Below are positions 8,984-17,998 of a stretch of 64,000 nucleotides of DNA, in pieces. Source of the DNA: a virus; IMG/VR virus record IMGVR_UViG_3300042691_019444, positions 28,971-92,970 of that record, one strand, 5' to 3'. Position numbers and translations under genes: made by a program. How positions within the stretch are numbered: position 1 is the first letter of the stretch; each line of letters begins with the position of its first letter. The notes under the pieces were generated by a model. It ran no database searches. It was not told where the DNA came from and saw only the letters and a list, made by a program, of their open reading frames with translations.

Positions 8984-10636
8984 ATGGGACGCAAACCCCT
9001 AACCCCCTTAGATGTGGATGAGTGGGAGCAGAATAGACCGCCCACTAACCGCGAAGCCCTAATGATGAATGAGGGCGTGCAGGCAACCATACATGCGCTG
9101 TTCGCACGTGCGCGCATAGACCCCGTGTGTACGTTCGACTTAGTTGCCCGCGAAGAGACTAGTAAGGTGAAGATTCGGGCCTTACCGCATCAGCGCCTAT
9201 TTTTCGACTTCGTAATGGCTCACAGACATTGCGTGGTGTTCGAACCGCCCGGTACAAGTAAGACGTTCAATACGGCGTTCATTACGTTGTTCTTGCTGGG
9301 CAATGACCCAACAGAACGCGGAGCCATAATCAGCGCTACACAACCACAAGCCCGTAAGCCGTTGGGGATGGTGCGGAGCTACATTGAAGAGTCGAAAGAG
9401 CTGAAGGCCATATTCCCCAAACTCCAACCCACACTACGACGGGGTGAGCCGTGGACTAAGGACGCCATAACGGTGCATCGACCTCCGGGCATTCGAGACC
9501 CGTCGCTGGTTGCCGTGGGTATCGATGGGGCCTTACCGGGTTCGCGTCTGAGCTGGATTGTGGTGGATGACATTCTGAACCGCGAGAACACCGCCACACA
9601 CGAGCAACGCCTAAAGGTCATAGACTTCTTCGACCTAACGGTACTGAGCCGCAATGACATGAAGACCGGGCGGTGCATCGTAACCAATACGGCGCACCAC
9701 GAACACGACCTCCAGCACTACCTACTGAAGAAGGGTTGGCCTACCCTACGAATGGAGTTGGAGGGGAACGTTTGGATCTATAACACGGATTGGGACTCAC
9801 CCCTGATACGGCCTGCTAAGCATACGCCGTTGAGACCAAATGGGCCGTACCGGTTGACTGACCACGACAAGGACGGGTTTGACGAATTCAATACCAAGTC
9901 CATGTGGCCTGCTAAGTACGACGCTGATGTGGTGGCTGAGCTGAAGCGGAATCACACGCCTAGGCGCTACGCACAGCTATTCAAACAGGAGTGTAGGGAC
10001 GAAGAGTCACAGCGATGCAAGGATTCGTGGATTGAGGCATGTAAGGAGCGCGGTAAGGGACTGAAGCAACTGCACAAGTACGAGGGGCCCAACCTAGTGA
10101 CGACGGGCGTAGACCTAGCGTTTAGGGAGGGAGAGGAGCACGACTTTACGGCGTTCGTTACGGTGGAGTTCATGCAGGATGGCAGTAGGCGCCTATTGGA
10201 AGTCGAGTATGGGCAATGGGACTCTCCGACCATTGTGGACAAGTGCATTGAGAAGGCTGAGCTTTTCAAGTGCATCCTTAGGGTGGAGAACAATGCCGCG
10301 CAGGACACCATCATTCAGTTTGCGCGTAAGCGAAACAAGGCATTACGAATCAGGCCCCACACCACGGGACGCAATAAGGCGCACCCTGAGTACGGTGTGG
10401 AGGGTATGTTTGTTGAGGTACGCAATGCAGGCTGGATATTCCCGTGTGACGATGCACTCAACTGCGATGAATCCGTACAGTGGTTGTTGGAGGGTATGGC
10501 AACCTACGATCCAGCCAAGCACACACATGACGGGCTTATGGCGTTGTGGTTCGCAGTCGAACAAGGACGCGAGTTGGGGGCATTCCGTACACTCAAGTCC
10601 GGAGCTGGCGGTTTCGGTGGGCTAATGAGCAGATGA
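8984..10636 (+). CDS. terL: terminase large subunit
   Basis: Walker A-like PPGTSKT, Walker B IVVDD, RNase H-like GVDLA and C-terminal HTHDGLMALWFA. Confidence 0.9.
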   Translation: MGRKPLTPLDVDEWEQNRPPTNREALMMNEGVQATIHALFARARIDPVCTFDLVAREETSKVKIRALPHQRLFFDFVMAHRHCVVFEPPGTSKTFNTAFITLFLLGNDPTERGAIISATQPQARKPLGMVRSYIEESKELKAIFPKLQPTLRRGEPWTKDAITVHRPPGIRDPSLVAVGIDGALPGSRLSWIVVDDILNRENTATHEQRLKVIDFFDLTVLSRNDMKTGRCIVTNTAHHEHDLQHYLLKKGWPTLRMELEGNVWIYNTDWDSPLIRPAKHTPLRPNGPYRLTDHDKDGFDEFNTKSMWPAKYDADVVAELKRNHTPRRYAQLFKQECRDEESQRCKDSWIEACKERGKGLKQLHKYEGPNLVTTGVDLAFREGEEHDFTAFVTVEFMQDGSRRLLEVEYGQWDSPTIVDKCIEKAELFKCILRVENNAAQDTIIQFARKRNKALRIRPHTTGRNKAHPEYGVEGMFVEVRNAGWIFPCDDALNCDESVQWLLEGMATYDPAKHTHDGLMALWFAVEQGRELGAFRTLKSGAGGFGGLMSR

Positions 10637-10648
10637 AGGGAGCAGACA

Positions 10649-11158
10649 ATGAAACATGCGTGGTTGTTGCTGATGGTGTGGTTGATGGGGTGTTCGTCCA
10701 CTGACCTTCCGAACGGGCTTACGTGCGCAACGTGCGACGCGCGCGTGGATGGCCCTACCGCTATGGTGTGCGTCGATGAGGCGTTCTCTAGCGAGACGGG
10801 TGTGGCCGTAAATGCCATCAGGGAATGGGATGGGGCGTTGTGCGGTAAGTTGCAATTCAAGACCAGAGTCATCGATGGGGCAGATGCCCCGGTAGACGGG
10901 TGTGACTATACGGTGTTGGCCGTAAGCTCGACTGCCCCATGGGTTGCTGAGCATATGGAGGAGAACCTAGCAGGCTTTGCGGATCCCTCCATAGGCGTAG
11001 CTTGGGTGATTATTGACAAGGTTCCGGCAGGGTTGACACGTGCGGTTGTGGTGCACGAATTCGGTCACCTGTTGGGAGTCAAACACGGTGAGGGTGTAAT
11101 GGCCGCAACCCTTACCAACGAATGCATTGCGGCTGAGTCTGTAGGGGAGGTGGAGTGA
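10649..11158 (+). CDS. lipoprotein zinc metalloprotease (matrixin-like)
   Basis: Signal peptide with LMGC lipobox; HEFGHLLGVKH followed by a Met-turn-like GVM. Confidence 0.75.
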   Translation: MKHAWLLLMVWLMGCSSTDLPNGLTCATCDARVDGPTAMVCVDEAFSSETGVAVNAIREWDGALCGKLQFKTRVIDGADAPVDGCDYTVLAVSSTAPWVAEHMEENLAGFADPSIGVAWVIIDKVPAGLTRAVVVHEFGHLLGVKHGEGVMAATLTNECIAAESVGEVE

Positions 11159-11649
11159 TGGATACTGTATTAGGTGGAGCGATGGATGCCGTATTGGATG
11201 TGATGCAGGTAATCCGTAAGGCGCCAAGGGTGTTCTATCTGGTTAGGTTGGCGGATGAGACGGGTGTGAGTGGGACTGGGATTGTGGCGGATGGTGTGCA
11301 GTTCTGGGACGGTACGTGCGTTGTGAATTGGGCCACAACCACAACAAGCACAAGCATCTACAAGTCGATCACCGACGTAACTACCATTCACGGCCATAAC
11401 GGTAAGACGCGAGTGTTCTGGGAGGACATCGACTTCATACACCGTCCTACGCAAACAGCAGTCATGCACGACTGTCAGGTGTTCAAGCCACTACCGGACG
11501 GGTCATGTGAGCTGTTCGATGGTTGGCCTAAACCCGAAGAGGACTACGTCAGTATCCGGTGGTACATAAACCGGTATGGGCGTCGGTTGCACAACCTACC
11601 TAGGGCAACACCCTATGTTGCTCCACCGATGGGTGTAAGGGGCCCCTAG
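11155..11649 (+). CDS. conserved phage hypothetical protein
   Basis: FYLVRLADETGVSGTGIVADGVQFWDG motif seen in phage proteins. Confidence 0.7.
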   Translation: MMDTVLGGAMDAVLDVMQVIRKAPRVFYLVRLADETGVSGTGIVADGVQFWDGTCVVNWATTTTSTSIYKSITDVTTIHGHNGKTRVFWEDIDFIHRPTQTAVMHDCQVFKPLPDGSCELFDGWPKPEEDYVSIRWYINRYGRRLHNLPRATPYVAPPMGVRGP

Positions 11650-11666
11650 TGCGCGGCATAACCCTA

Positions 11667-11684
11667 CCGCAACACGTGTTGCGG
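11667..11684. repeat. 18-bp palindrome copy 5 (exact)
   Basis: Preceded by GCGGCATAAC; runs into TGGAGG RBS. Confidence 0.97.
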
Positions 11685-11695
11685 TGGAGGTTACT

Positions 11696-12133
11696 ATGCG
11701 TCCAACATGCCCGGTCTGTGGTGTCCGTCACACCAAATTCCCCCGTAAGTGCTATTACAACCAACTAGGCTATTACTCACACGCCATCATCATGACTGGC
11801 CTCAGTGACATTCAGGCCATTCTCAACCATCCCCAACTAGATGGTAAGGATTCGTGGAAGAGTGAGTTGCGCAAGTTCGTTGTAATGAAGAACTATGTGC
11901 GGGAATGGGCTGATGAGATTGATCCAAAGCAAGCGGGTAAACCGGATACCTTAGAACCACCGATTGACCTCATACGTGTGATTGTGGTGGCTGAGAATGA
12001 TTTGCAGCGTGCCATACTGGATGGGGCTCTGAAGTACCCGGACATCCGAACACGCATCGATAACCTAGCGGCCAAGCTAGCCAATGAGTGCAGGTTGGCC
12101 GAACGAGAGGAGAGGGCCTATGAAGGTGGGTGA
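11696..12133 (+). CDS. hypothetical protein
   Basis: GGAGG RBS. Confidence 0.7.
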   Translation: MRPTCPVCGVRHTKFPRKCYYNQLGYYSHAIIMTGLSDIQAILNHPQLDGKDSWKSELRKFVVMKNYVREWADEIDPKQAGKPDTLEPPIDLIRVIVVAENDLQRAILDGALKYPDIRTRIDNLAAKLANECRLAEREERAYEGG

Positions 12134-12350
12134 CAAGGTCCGTATCAAACTACATGCCCGCGAAGAATGGGTTGCTGATGTTGCCAATATTGTAGATGGT
12201 GCGGTTGGGACACTGGCATCGATCTATAAGGGGATGTATTTGGTAACGTTCAATCCACCACTCTATCCTACGCGGAAGCGGGGGTCGTATAACCTACCGC
12301 AACCCGTGTCGGGTATGCATTTCGATCGTCAAGACCTCATTGCGGCATAA
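12120..12350 (+). CDS. small SH3/KOW-like hypothetical protein
   Basis: MKVGDKVRIK...GAVGTL...YLVTF pattern. Confidence 0.6.
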   Translation: MKVGDKVRIKLHAREEWVADVANIVDGAVGTLASIYKGMYLVTFNPPLYPTRKRGSYNLPQPVSGMHFDRQDLIAA

Positions 12351-12354
12351 CTTA

Positions 12355-12372
12355 CCGCAACCCGTGTTGCGG
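12355..12372. repeat. 18-bp palindrome copy 6 (1 mismatch)
   Basis: CCGCAACCCGTGTTGCGG; terminal GG forms part of GGAGG. Confidence 0.9.
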
Positions 12373-12380
12373 AGGTGGTT

Positions 12381-12620
12381 ATGCGTACTTCAAAACAACT
12401 CAAGTCTGATGTGCGGTTCGCCAGGCGCATTGCACAGCTCATTTCAGCACACCTATCTGATGATGAGTTTGCACGCTTGTTGGCTATGCTTGATGGGTCC
12501 GACCTTATCGAAGATGCCATTGAGAAGGTCGGGTTCTGGAGATGCCCGCACGTGTACGTGAGGGGCAATCGCAAAGCCGTAAAGCGAGAACCTGTGAAGG
12601 CAATGGGTAAGGAGGAGTGA
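12381..12620 (+). CDS. hypothetical protein
   Basis: RBS and coupling. Confidence 0.65.
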   Translation: MRTSKQLKSDVRFARRIAQLISAHLSDDEFARLLAMLDGSDLIEDAIEKVGFWRCPHVYVRGNRKAVKREPVKAMGKEE

Positions 12621-13132
12621 TGCTGAAGTATGTAAATGATCCCACAATCATCGCATTCACCAGGGCCCGATTACCCTACGGATGGCTCGGTAACATGAGT
12701 GCCTATCCGGTCACCATCTTTGAGGTGTGTTGGCCTACCGCCGAACATGCATTCCAAGCCATGCGGGTGCATGAGAACTATTGGAATACGGTACGGGATG
12801 CTGCATCACCCATGACCGCTAAGATGCTAGTGAGGGGGATGATATCTAGGGGTGGTTACTTTATGGTGGTGGAACCCCGTACCGTGCGTGACATTGAGAA
12901 CATGCGTACGGTGTTGATGCAGAAGGTGATTCAGAATCCCAAGCTAGCAGTAGCGCTACTCCAGACCGGAGACAGCCTAATTGTTGAAGACGTTACTAAG
13001 CAGCCACATGACTTGTTCTGGGGCATGAAGTTGGTTGGAGACCATTGGGTGGGGGACAACATGCTTGGGTTATTGTGGATGGGGGTACGCGCTAGGCTAC
13101 GAGGCATTATTCCTCAACAGGGGGTTCTATGA
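12620..13132 (+). CDS. NADAR (YbiA-like) family protein
   Basis: YGWLGNM, WPTAEHAFQA, LLQTGDSLIVE, DLFWG, GDNMLGLLWMGVR. Confidence 0.88.
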   Translation: MLKYVNDPTIIAFTRARLPYGWLGNMSAYPVTIFEVCWPTAEHAFQAMRVHENYWNTVRDAASPMTAKMLVRGMISRGGYFMVVEPRTVRDIENMRTVLMQKVIQNPKLAVALLQTGDSLIVEDVTKQPHDLFWGMKLVGDHWVGDNMLGLLWMGVRARLRGIIPQQGVL

Positions 13133-13374
13133 GTAAGAAGGTAATTGGCATCGACCTAGCATCCGGTAAGGACTACACGTCAATGGTTGTGATGGGGGGC
13201 GGTAAGGTTCTGCAACTGCATCAAGGTACAACGATGGATGTGGAGCAGATTAGGGCTGCTGTCCGGACATTAGAGACTGCTAATCAGATGTCGGTGAATG
13301 CGAACAATGTTCTGAAGTTCGCAGTATGGTTCAAGTCGCAATTGTTCAGGGAGATGGGAGGGACTGGCATATGA
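13129..13374 (+). CDS. hypothetical protein
   Basis: Coupled ORF; starts with IGIDLA, like an RNase H strand 1 fragment. Confidence 0.55.
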   Translation: MSKKVIGIDLASGKDYTSMVVMGGGKVLQLHQGTTMDVEQIRAAVRTLETANQMSVNANNVLKFAVWFKSQLFREMGGTGI

Positions 13375-13754
13375 AGCCTGTAGACCAGACAGTGTTTACG
13401 GTACCGGGAGGCAATTGCTTCTCAGCGTGTGTTGCGTCGTTGTTGCACCTAAGCATTGATGAGGTGCCGTACTTTATGGGGGATGAACCGCCTGATAAGC
13501 CCAATATGTGGTTCAGGCGGTTCTTGGATTGGTTGAAGCCTAAAGGGTTATGGGCGGTTACCATTGAGCTGGGTAATGGTTGGGTGCCATTCGGTGAATG
13601 CATCCTATCGGGCAAGTCTCCTAGGGGGGACTTTCTACATAGTGTGGTGGCCGATGGTCTAACTATCATTCATGACCCACACCCATCCAGAGCCGGCATA
13701 CTGACGCGGGAAGACGTAGTGGTGCTGATTCCTAGGATCATCTATAGGTTGTAA
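13371..13754 (+). CDS. papain-like fold phage protein
   Basis: Q...GNCFSACVASLL...HSVV...HDPHP (Cys-His-Asp). Confidence 0.55.
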   Translation: MKPVDQTVFTVPGGNCFSACVASLLHLSIDEVPYFMGDEPPDKPNMWFRRFLDWLKPKGLWAVTIELGNGWVPFGECILSGKSPRGDFLHSVVADGLTIIHDPHPSRAGILTREDVVVLIPRIIYRL

Positions 13755-13876
13755 TGACTCTGACGATCAGAGACCTCTACACGACATGTCCTAAGTGCGG
13801 AATGTACTTGGGTGCCTACGCAATGCGCGCACGCGGGCAAGTGCGGCATAAGTGCCAACAACAATCGGAGGCTGAT

Positions 13877-14746
13877 ATGAGTAAGTACAGAGTCGAGACG
13901 TTTGGTCCATTTGAGATTAGCGAAACTGATAACTTCGCAGAATTCACATCCAAAGACGGAGACGGCGTGGACATACCGTTGCAGAACGGGGTGGCGCGTG
14001 TGCGCGTTACAGTGCGCAAGCGTCCCGGAGAACCGTCTGAACCATTCGAGCACCAGATTGGACGCCTTGCTAAGTGCATCATGGCAGAGGTTGAGGGGGA
14101 GCCAAGTACGTCGGACGGTGCGGTTGATGTGGCAATCCGTCTCATCAAACACGCGTACGGGCATAGACCGCTAGACCTAGGTCCTACCATTGCGGTGGAC
14201 TTCGACGGCGTAATCCATTCCTACGTTAGTGGTTGGAAGGGTGTGGATGGGATTCCGGATCCGCCCGTACCAGGGGCCATTGAATGGCTGAATGATGTGG
14301 TTACGGAATGCCGTGTTGTTATCCACACCACAAGGGCCGAGAGTCCTAAAGGGGTGGCCGCCATTGTTGAGTGGTTGAAACGGAACGGCGCAACCCCACA
14401 ACTCTACAACTCAACCATCACCAATAAGAAGGTACCGGCGGTCGTATACATTGACGACAGGGCATTCCGATTCACCGGTACATTCCCATCTATCGAGAAG
14501 CTGCTGATTGGAATGAAGCCCTGGTACAAGCAACCATCCTTTAGCGGACCCCACATAGGGACTCGCGGTAGGACGAGAAGTGAAGCGGCGCACGCTGCTA
14601 TCGATATGATGGAACGAGAAGGGTTGTTGGATGATTCCAAATGTGTTGAGTTGAAGTTTGGAACCGATACGGGGGACTATCGACACACATGTACGGTTGT
14701 GGATACCGTGGCTGAGCCCATGGACCTTACCAAAATCCCCCTCTAA
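13877..14746 (+). CDS. HAD-superfamily phosphatase domain protein
   Basis: IAVDFDGVIHSY, HTTR, K...YIDDR; GGAGG RBS at ATG 13877 (ORF open from 13754). Confidence 0.8.
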   Translation: MSKYRVETFGPFEISETDNFAEFTSKDGDGVDIPLQNGVARVRVTVRKRPGEPSEPFEHQIGRLAKCIMAEVEGEPSTSDGAVDVAIRLIKHAYGHRPLDLGPTIAVDFDGVIHSYVSGWKGVDGIPDPPVPGAIEWLNDVVTECRVVIHTTRAESPKGVAAIVEWLKRNGATPQLYNSTITNKKVPAVVYIDDRAFRFTGTFPSIEKLLIGMKPWYKQPSFSGPHIGTRGRTRSEAAHAAIDMMEREGLLDDSKCVELKFGTDTGDYRHTCTVVDTVAEPMDLTKIPL

Positions 14747-14794
14747 TCCCACCTATACGGCCGACACCAATCCAACTAAACTAACACCTAGGCA

Positions 14795-14812
14795 CCGCAA
14801 CACGTGTTGCGG
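14795..14812. repeat. 18-bp palindrome copy 7 (exact)
   Basis: Followed by CATAAC and AGGAGG. Confidence 0.97.
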
Positions 14813-14834
14813 CATAACAGGTTAGGAGGCATTC

Positions 14835-15047
14835 ATGCGACGACCGTTGTATGTCACGAACAAGGCTATGGTCCACTACATGTATTGGATGTGCGCACAT
14901 AGCGCCAAAGAGCGACGGCTGCAAGAAGCACACTCGCGCGCCACCATATCGTTGGAGGCGTGGTTTGAATTCGTCAGATACCGGGGCAATTCGTACACAC
15001 ATATTGAGTTCTACGAAGCCTGTTGGGGAATCTCCAATGGCCCGTAA
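14835..15047 (+). CDS. hypothetical protein
   Basis: AGGAGG RBS. Confidence 0.6.
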   Translation: MRRPLYVTNKAMVHYMYWMCAHSAKERRLQEAHSRATISLEAWFEFVRYRGNSYTHIEFYEACWGISNGP

Positions 15048-15318
15048 ACGTCTAACCAGTGCACAGCTAACCGCACTAGATAGGGAGGTAGTGGTTGGGG
15101 CGGTATGGACGGTTGAGGAGTTCCATACCCTGAATCCGGTGCAGGTAGTGAGGGAATGTGCTGATGGGTTGTTTGTGTGGGTTGTGCCTAAGTATGGAGT
15201 AGAGGGGCGCAAACACCCGTTCAAAGTAGGCCGTTCATTCTTCGACCTATCGGGGTCCAAGTACATTGGGACCGATAAGGTATGTGACCACGAGCAGATA
15301 ACCGATCTAATAGGATGA
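15037..15318 (+). CDS. hypothetical protein (paralog of 25807..26067)
   Basis: Shared GAxW, PxQxV, VWxVP, SxYxG...CxHE motifs. Confidence 0.65.
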   Translation: MARKRLTSAQLTALDREVVVGAVWTVEEFHTLNPVQVVRECADGLFVWVVPKYGVEGRKHPFKVGRSFFDLSGSKYIGTDKVCDHEQITDLIG

Positions 15319-15560
15319 CTATGAAACTCCAATTCATTGCAACGGTGTTCGAGAAACGTGAGCGAGAGAACGCAACCTCAACAACACTGACGTCCACTAA
15401 CGCTGAGATTGCGATTTACCATTCTCCGAAGGACGCCAAACACTTCGGTCCCGTTAGGGGTACTGAGGGGGAGTCAAACAAGTTCTTTCGGGTAACCATT
15501 GAGGAGGTGCCATACAGTGAAGCCAGCAATGGGACAACCATTGAGGACTACGCTTCATGA
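15315..15560 (+). CDS. hypothetical protein
   Basis: Coupled ORF. Confidence 0.6.
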   Translation: MTMKLQFIATVFEKRERENATSTTLTSTNAEIAIYHSPKDAKHFGPVRGTEGESNKFFRVTIEEVPYSEASNGTTIEDYAS

Positions 15561-15793
15561 ACACCGCGAGGGCTGTCATGCTGTGCGCGGCATCGTACAT
15601 GCTCTCAAGGGAAGCTGATGCCATCTACTACAATCTCGAAGCATCTGATGAGGAGCGCAAACGTGCACGTGAGCTTGATAAGGTATCCCATCAGATGGCA
15701 AAGGATGCCGGCGCACTTGATAGCGATACACTTTGGCATCAAGGGGTGGAGTGGGTAACTAACGCCGATACTGACAAGTATGCGGATGACTAG
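15557..15793 (+). CDS. hypothetical protein
   Basis: Coupled ORF. Confidence 0.6.
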   Translation: MNTARAVMLCAASYMLSREADAIYYNLEASDEERKRARELDKVSHQMAKDAGALDSDTLWHQGVEWVTNADTDKYADD

Positions 15794-15799
15794 GAGGGT

Positions 15800-16096
15800 G
15801 TGATGAAGATGGGATTGATAGATCCGGAGACTGGTGAGGTGTGCGCCGTATTCAAAGTTTCAGAATCGAGCATAGATGACGTTCATAAGGCATTGTGTGA
15901 TAAAGGCACATTCAAGATGCCTGTATCGGTTTGGATTGAATACTTACCGATGCCTAAGGCCAAACCGGCTATCGTTTGTATCAACCCTAAGATTCGCCAA
16001 CACCTGTGCTACACATGGGCAACTAAACTGAGGGACTTGCAACATAGGGATGTGAGATGTGATAGACCTACGCTTGACTACAAGTTCAACATCTGA
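15800..16096 (+). CDS. hypothetical protein
   Basis: AGGAGG RBS. Confidence 0.6.
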   Translation: MMKMGLIDPETGEVCAVFKVSESSIDDVHKALCDKGTFKMPVSVWIEYLPMPKAKPAIVCINPKIRQHLCYTWATKLRDLQHRDVRCDRPTLDYKFNI

Positions 16097-16132
16097 GACG
16101 TTCGGGGTTGACTTGAAGCACGCGAGGCCAAC

Positions 16133-16315
16133 ATGTGCGGTGGAAAGATTCAATCCTATGTGGTGGGGTATCGGCATACTGACGGGCGCAACCTAACCCG
16201 CTACGTTATGGCAAGCTCTGAAGCTGAAGCCATAAGTGTTGTGACGGCCGAACCTACCTGCGCTGAGTTGCAATACGTACAACTCCCCTCCCAATTACAA
16301 CCCCCAAAGCTATGA
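16133..16315 (+). CDS. hypothetical protein
   Basis: GAGG RBS; coupled to the HNH gene. Confidence 0.5.
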   Translation: MCGGKIQSYVVGYRHTDGRNLTRYVMASSEAEAISVVTAEPTCAELQYVQLPSQLQPPKL

Positions 16316-16905
16316 GCCCCCCTAGGTGGTTGACTAAGTTCCCATATAGGGGTGTCGGCATATGTTCGTGGTGCGGTAAGGCCACCCCACCGAAACGACG
16401 ATACTGGTGTTCAAAGGAATGTGTTGAAGAGTGGATGATCCGTAGCAATGCCACGAGCCTACGTAGGGCAACGTTCGAACGGGACAGGGGCGTGTGCGCA
16501 TTGTGCGGGGTCGACACAGAGGCAGTACACAACGAGCTAACCAAACTCTACTACGATGCCCTAGCGAGGCAAGTAGGGGCAGGAACGTATCATGCCAGTC
16601 ATGCCCTAGCTAAGCGCATTCCCGACTCAGACCCCTACAGGGTTCGGATGCGTGAGTTGGGTAGTCCTAAGTGGATGAAGCGCTCTCTGTGGGAGGCCGA
16701 TCATATTCAGACGGTTGTGGAGGGTGGCGGGGGTTGTGGGTTGGAGAACATTCGCACGTTGTGTTGGAAGTGTCATGCTGCGGAGACGGCTAAGCTACAT
16801 GCCCGTCTGAAGGAGTTTCGTAGGCATTGCCCTCCTGATGTGGAGGCGTGGTTGGATGAACTAGGTACCGCAACACGTGTTGCGGCAGATAAGGAGGCCC
16901 CATGA
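16312..16905 (+). CDS. HNH endonuclease
   Basis: RDRGVCALCG...WEADHI...GGG...ENIRTLCWKCH. Confidence 0.88.
   Translation: MSPPRWLTKFPYRGVGICSWCGKATPPKRRYWCSKECVEEWMIRSNATSLRRATFERDRGVCALCGVDTEAVHNELTKLYYDALARQVGAGTYHASHALAKRIPDSDPYRVRMRELGSPKWMKRSLWEADHIQTVVEGGGGCGLENIRTLCWKCHAAETAKLHARLKEFRRHCPPDVEAWLDELGTATRVAADKEAP
16868..16885. repeat. 18-bp palindrome copy 8 (exact, in HNH CDS as TATRVA)
   Basis: Exact match. Confidence 0.97.
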
Positions 16906-17267
16906 AGTGCAGTATGATCGTTCCGAGTGAAGTAGTGGCCGAACACTTACACGCTCGCGCGTGTGCGTGGGTGAAACGTCTATTGGAGAAGTGTGAGGTA
17001 CAGGACGGGAAGGTCGTTATACCAGAGGAGCTAGTTAGGTCACTAAGCAATGCCGGGAAGGATTACCAACAACTAAACCCCATAGACCGATCCATTCTGC
17101 GGTATGAGGCTATGATGCTGATGCTGGCAATCACAAGGCCAGAGTGGCACGGGCGTAAGTTGGTACGGTGTGGGGAGTGCAGTAGGCGCGTCAATGGTGT
17201 ATGTGAAAACCATGGGTCCGAATGTGATGCGGACTGGGGTTGTGTGGAAGGATTGGAGGCACAATGA
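16902..17267 (+). CDS. hypothetical protein
   Basis: AAGGAGG RBS; C-terminal Cys cluster. Confidence 0.65.
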   Translation: MKCSMIVPSEVVAEHLHARACAWVKRLLEKCEVQDGKVVIPEELVRSLSNAGKDYQQLNPIDRSILRYEAMMLMLAITRPEWHGRKLVRCGECSRRVNGVCENHGSECDADWGCVEGLEAQ

Positions 17268-17998
17268 AGAAGGCAAAGTCTGATAAGCAAATCGTCGGGA
17301 CCGTTGAGCATGTTGGCATCGATACGTTGAAGCCCAACAAGTGGAACCCAAATAAGATGACTACCCGCAAGATGGATAGTCTGAAACAAGGACTGATGGA
17401 GGAGGGTTGGCTATCGTCTCAGACGTTGCTGGTGTGGGGTACCGATAAGGACGGAGTTGCCCACAACGTCATTATTGATGGTGAGCATAGGTGGCGGGCA
17501 GCGAAGGCTTGTGGGTTCAAACAGGCTCCTATTGTGGTGCTGAACAACATCACTGAGATGGAGGCAAAACGGCTAACCATCAAGCTCAATCAACGACGTG
17601 GTGAGTTTGACAGTACGATGCTTGGAGACCTGTTGAAAGAGGTTGCACGCGAGACGGATGCAGCGCTGTCGCTGGGCTTTGAGGATGACTATGTGAGCAA
17701 GCTCATTGCATCTACGGATAAGACCGTAAGTGCGGCAGTATCGGCAGCAACTCCTCCCCCTGCACCGCCACCCCCTCCTGCTCCACCGCCACCTCCTCCA
17801 ACTAAGGTGGACGGCATCAAGGGCGTACAACCAAACACCCGCATTCCGGTCGTCTTCTACATGGATTCAGATGAGGATGCGACTTTGGTGCGTGAAGTGT
17901 TTGCGCACGCTCAACGGCAATTCGAGTCTGACAGTAAGTTGCTGTTGAGTGCCGCCAAGTACATCAAGGCCAATCCGACCGCTATTCCAAAGGGGTAA
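17264..17998 (+). CDS. ParB/Srx-family N-terminal domain protein with Pro-rich linker
   Basis: LKPNKWNPNKM and IIDGEHRWRAA (ParB box I/II-like); poly-Pro linker; small C-terminal domain. Confidence 0.85.
   Translation: MKKAKSDKQIVGTVEHVGIDTLKPNKWNPNKMTTRKMDSLKQGLMEEGWLSSQTLLVWGTDKDGVAHNVIIDGEHRWRAAKACGFKQAPIVVLNNITEMEAKRLTIKLNQRRGEFDSTMLGDLLKEVARETDAALSLGFEDDYVSKLIASTDKTVSAAVSAATPPPAPPPPPAPPPPPPTKVDGIKGVQPNTRIPVVFYMDSDEDATLVREVFAHAQRQFESDSKLLLSAAKYIKANPTAIPKG

Noticed and set aside
12297-12312. Degenerate site CCGCAACCCGTGTCGG
   Set aside because: The right arm is broken; not counted among the 26 copies, though it may be a decayed copy.
13129-13374. Terminase/RuvC fragment (IGIDLA...DYT)
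   Set aside because: Only the first strand motif is present; too short to call a nuclease or pseudogene.
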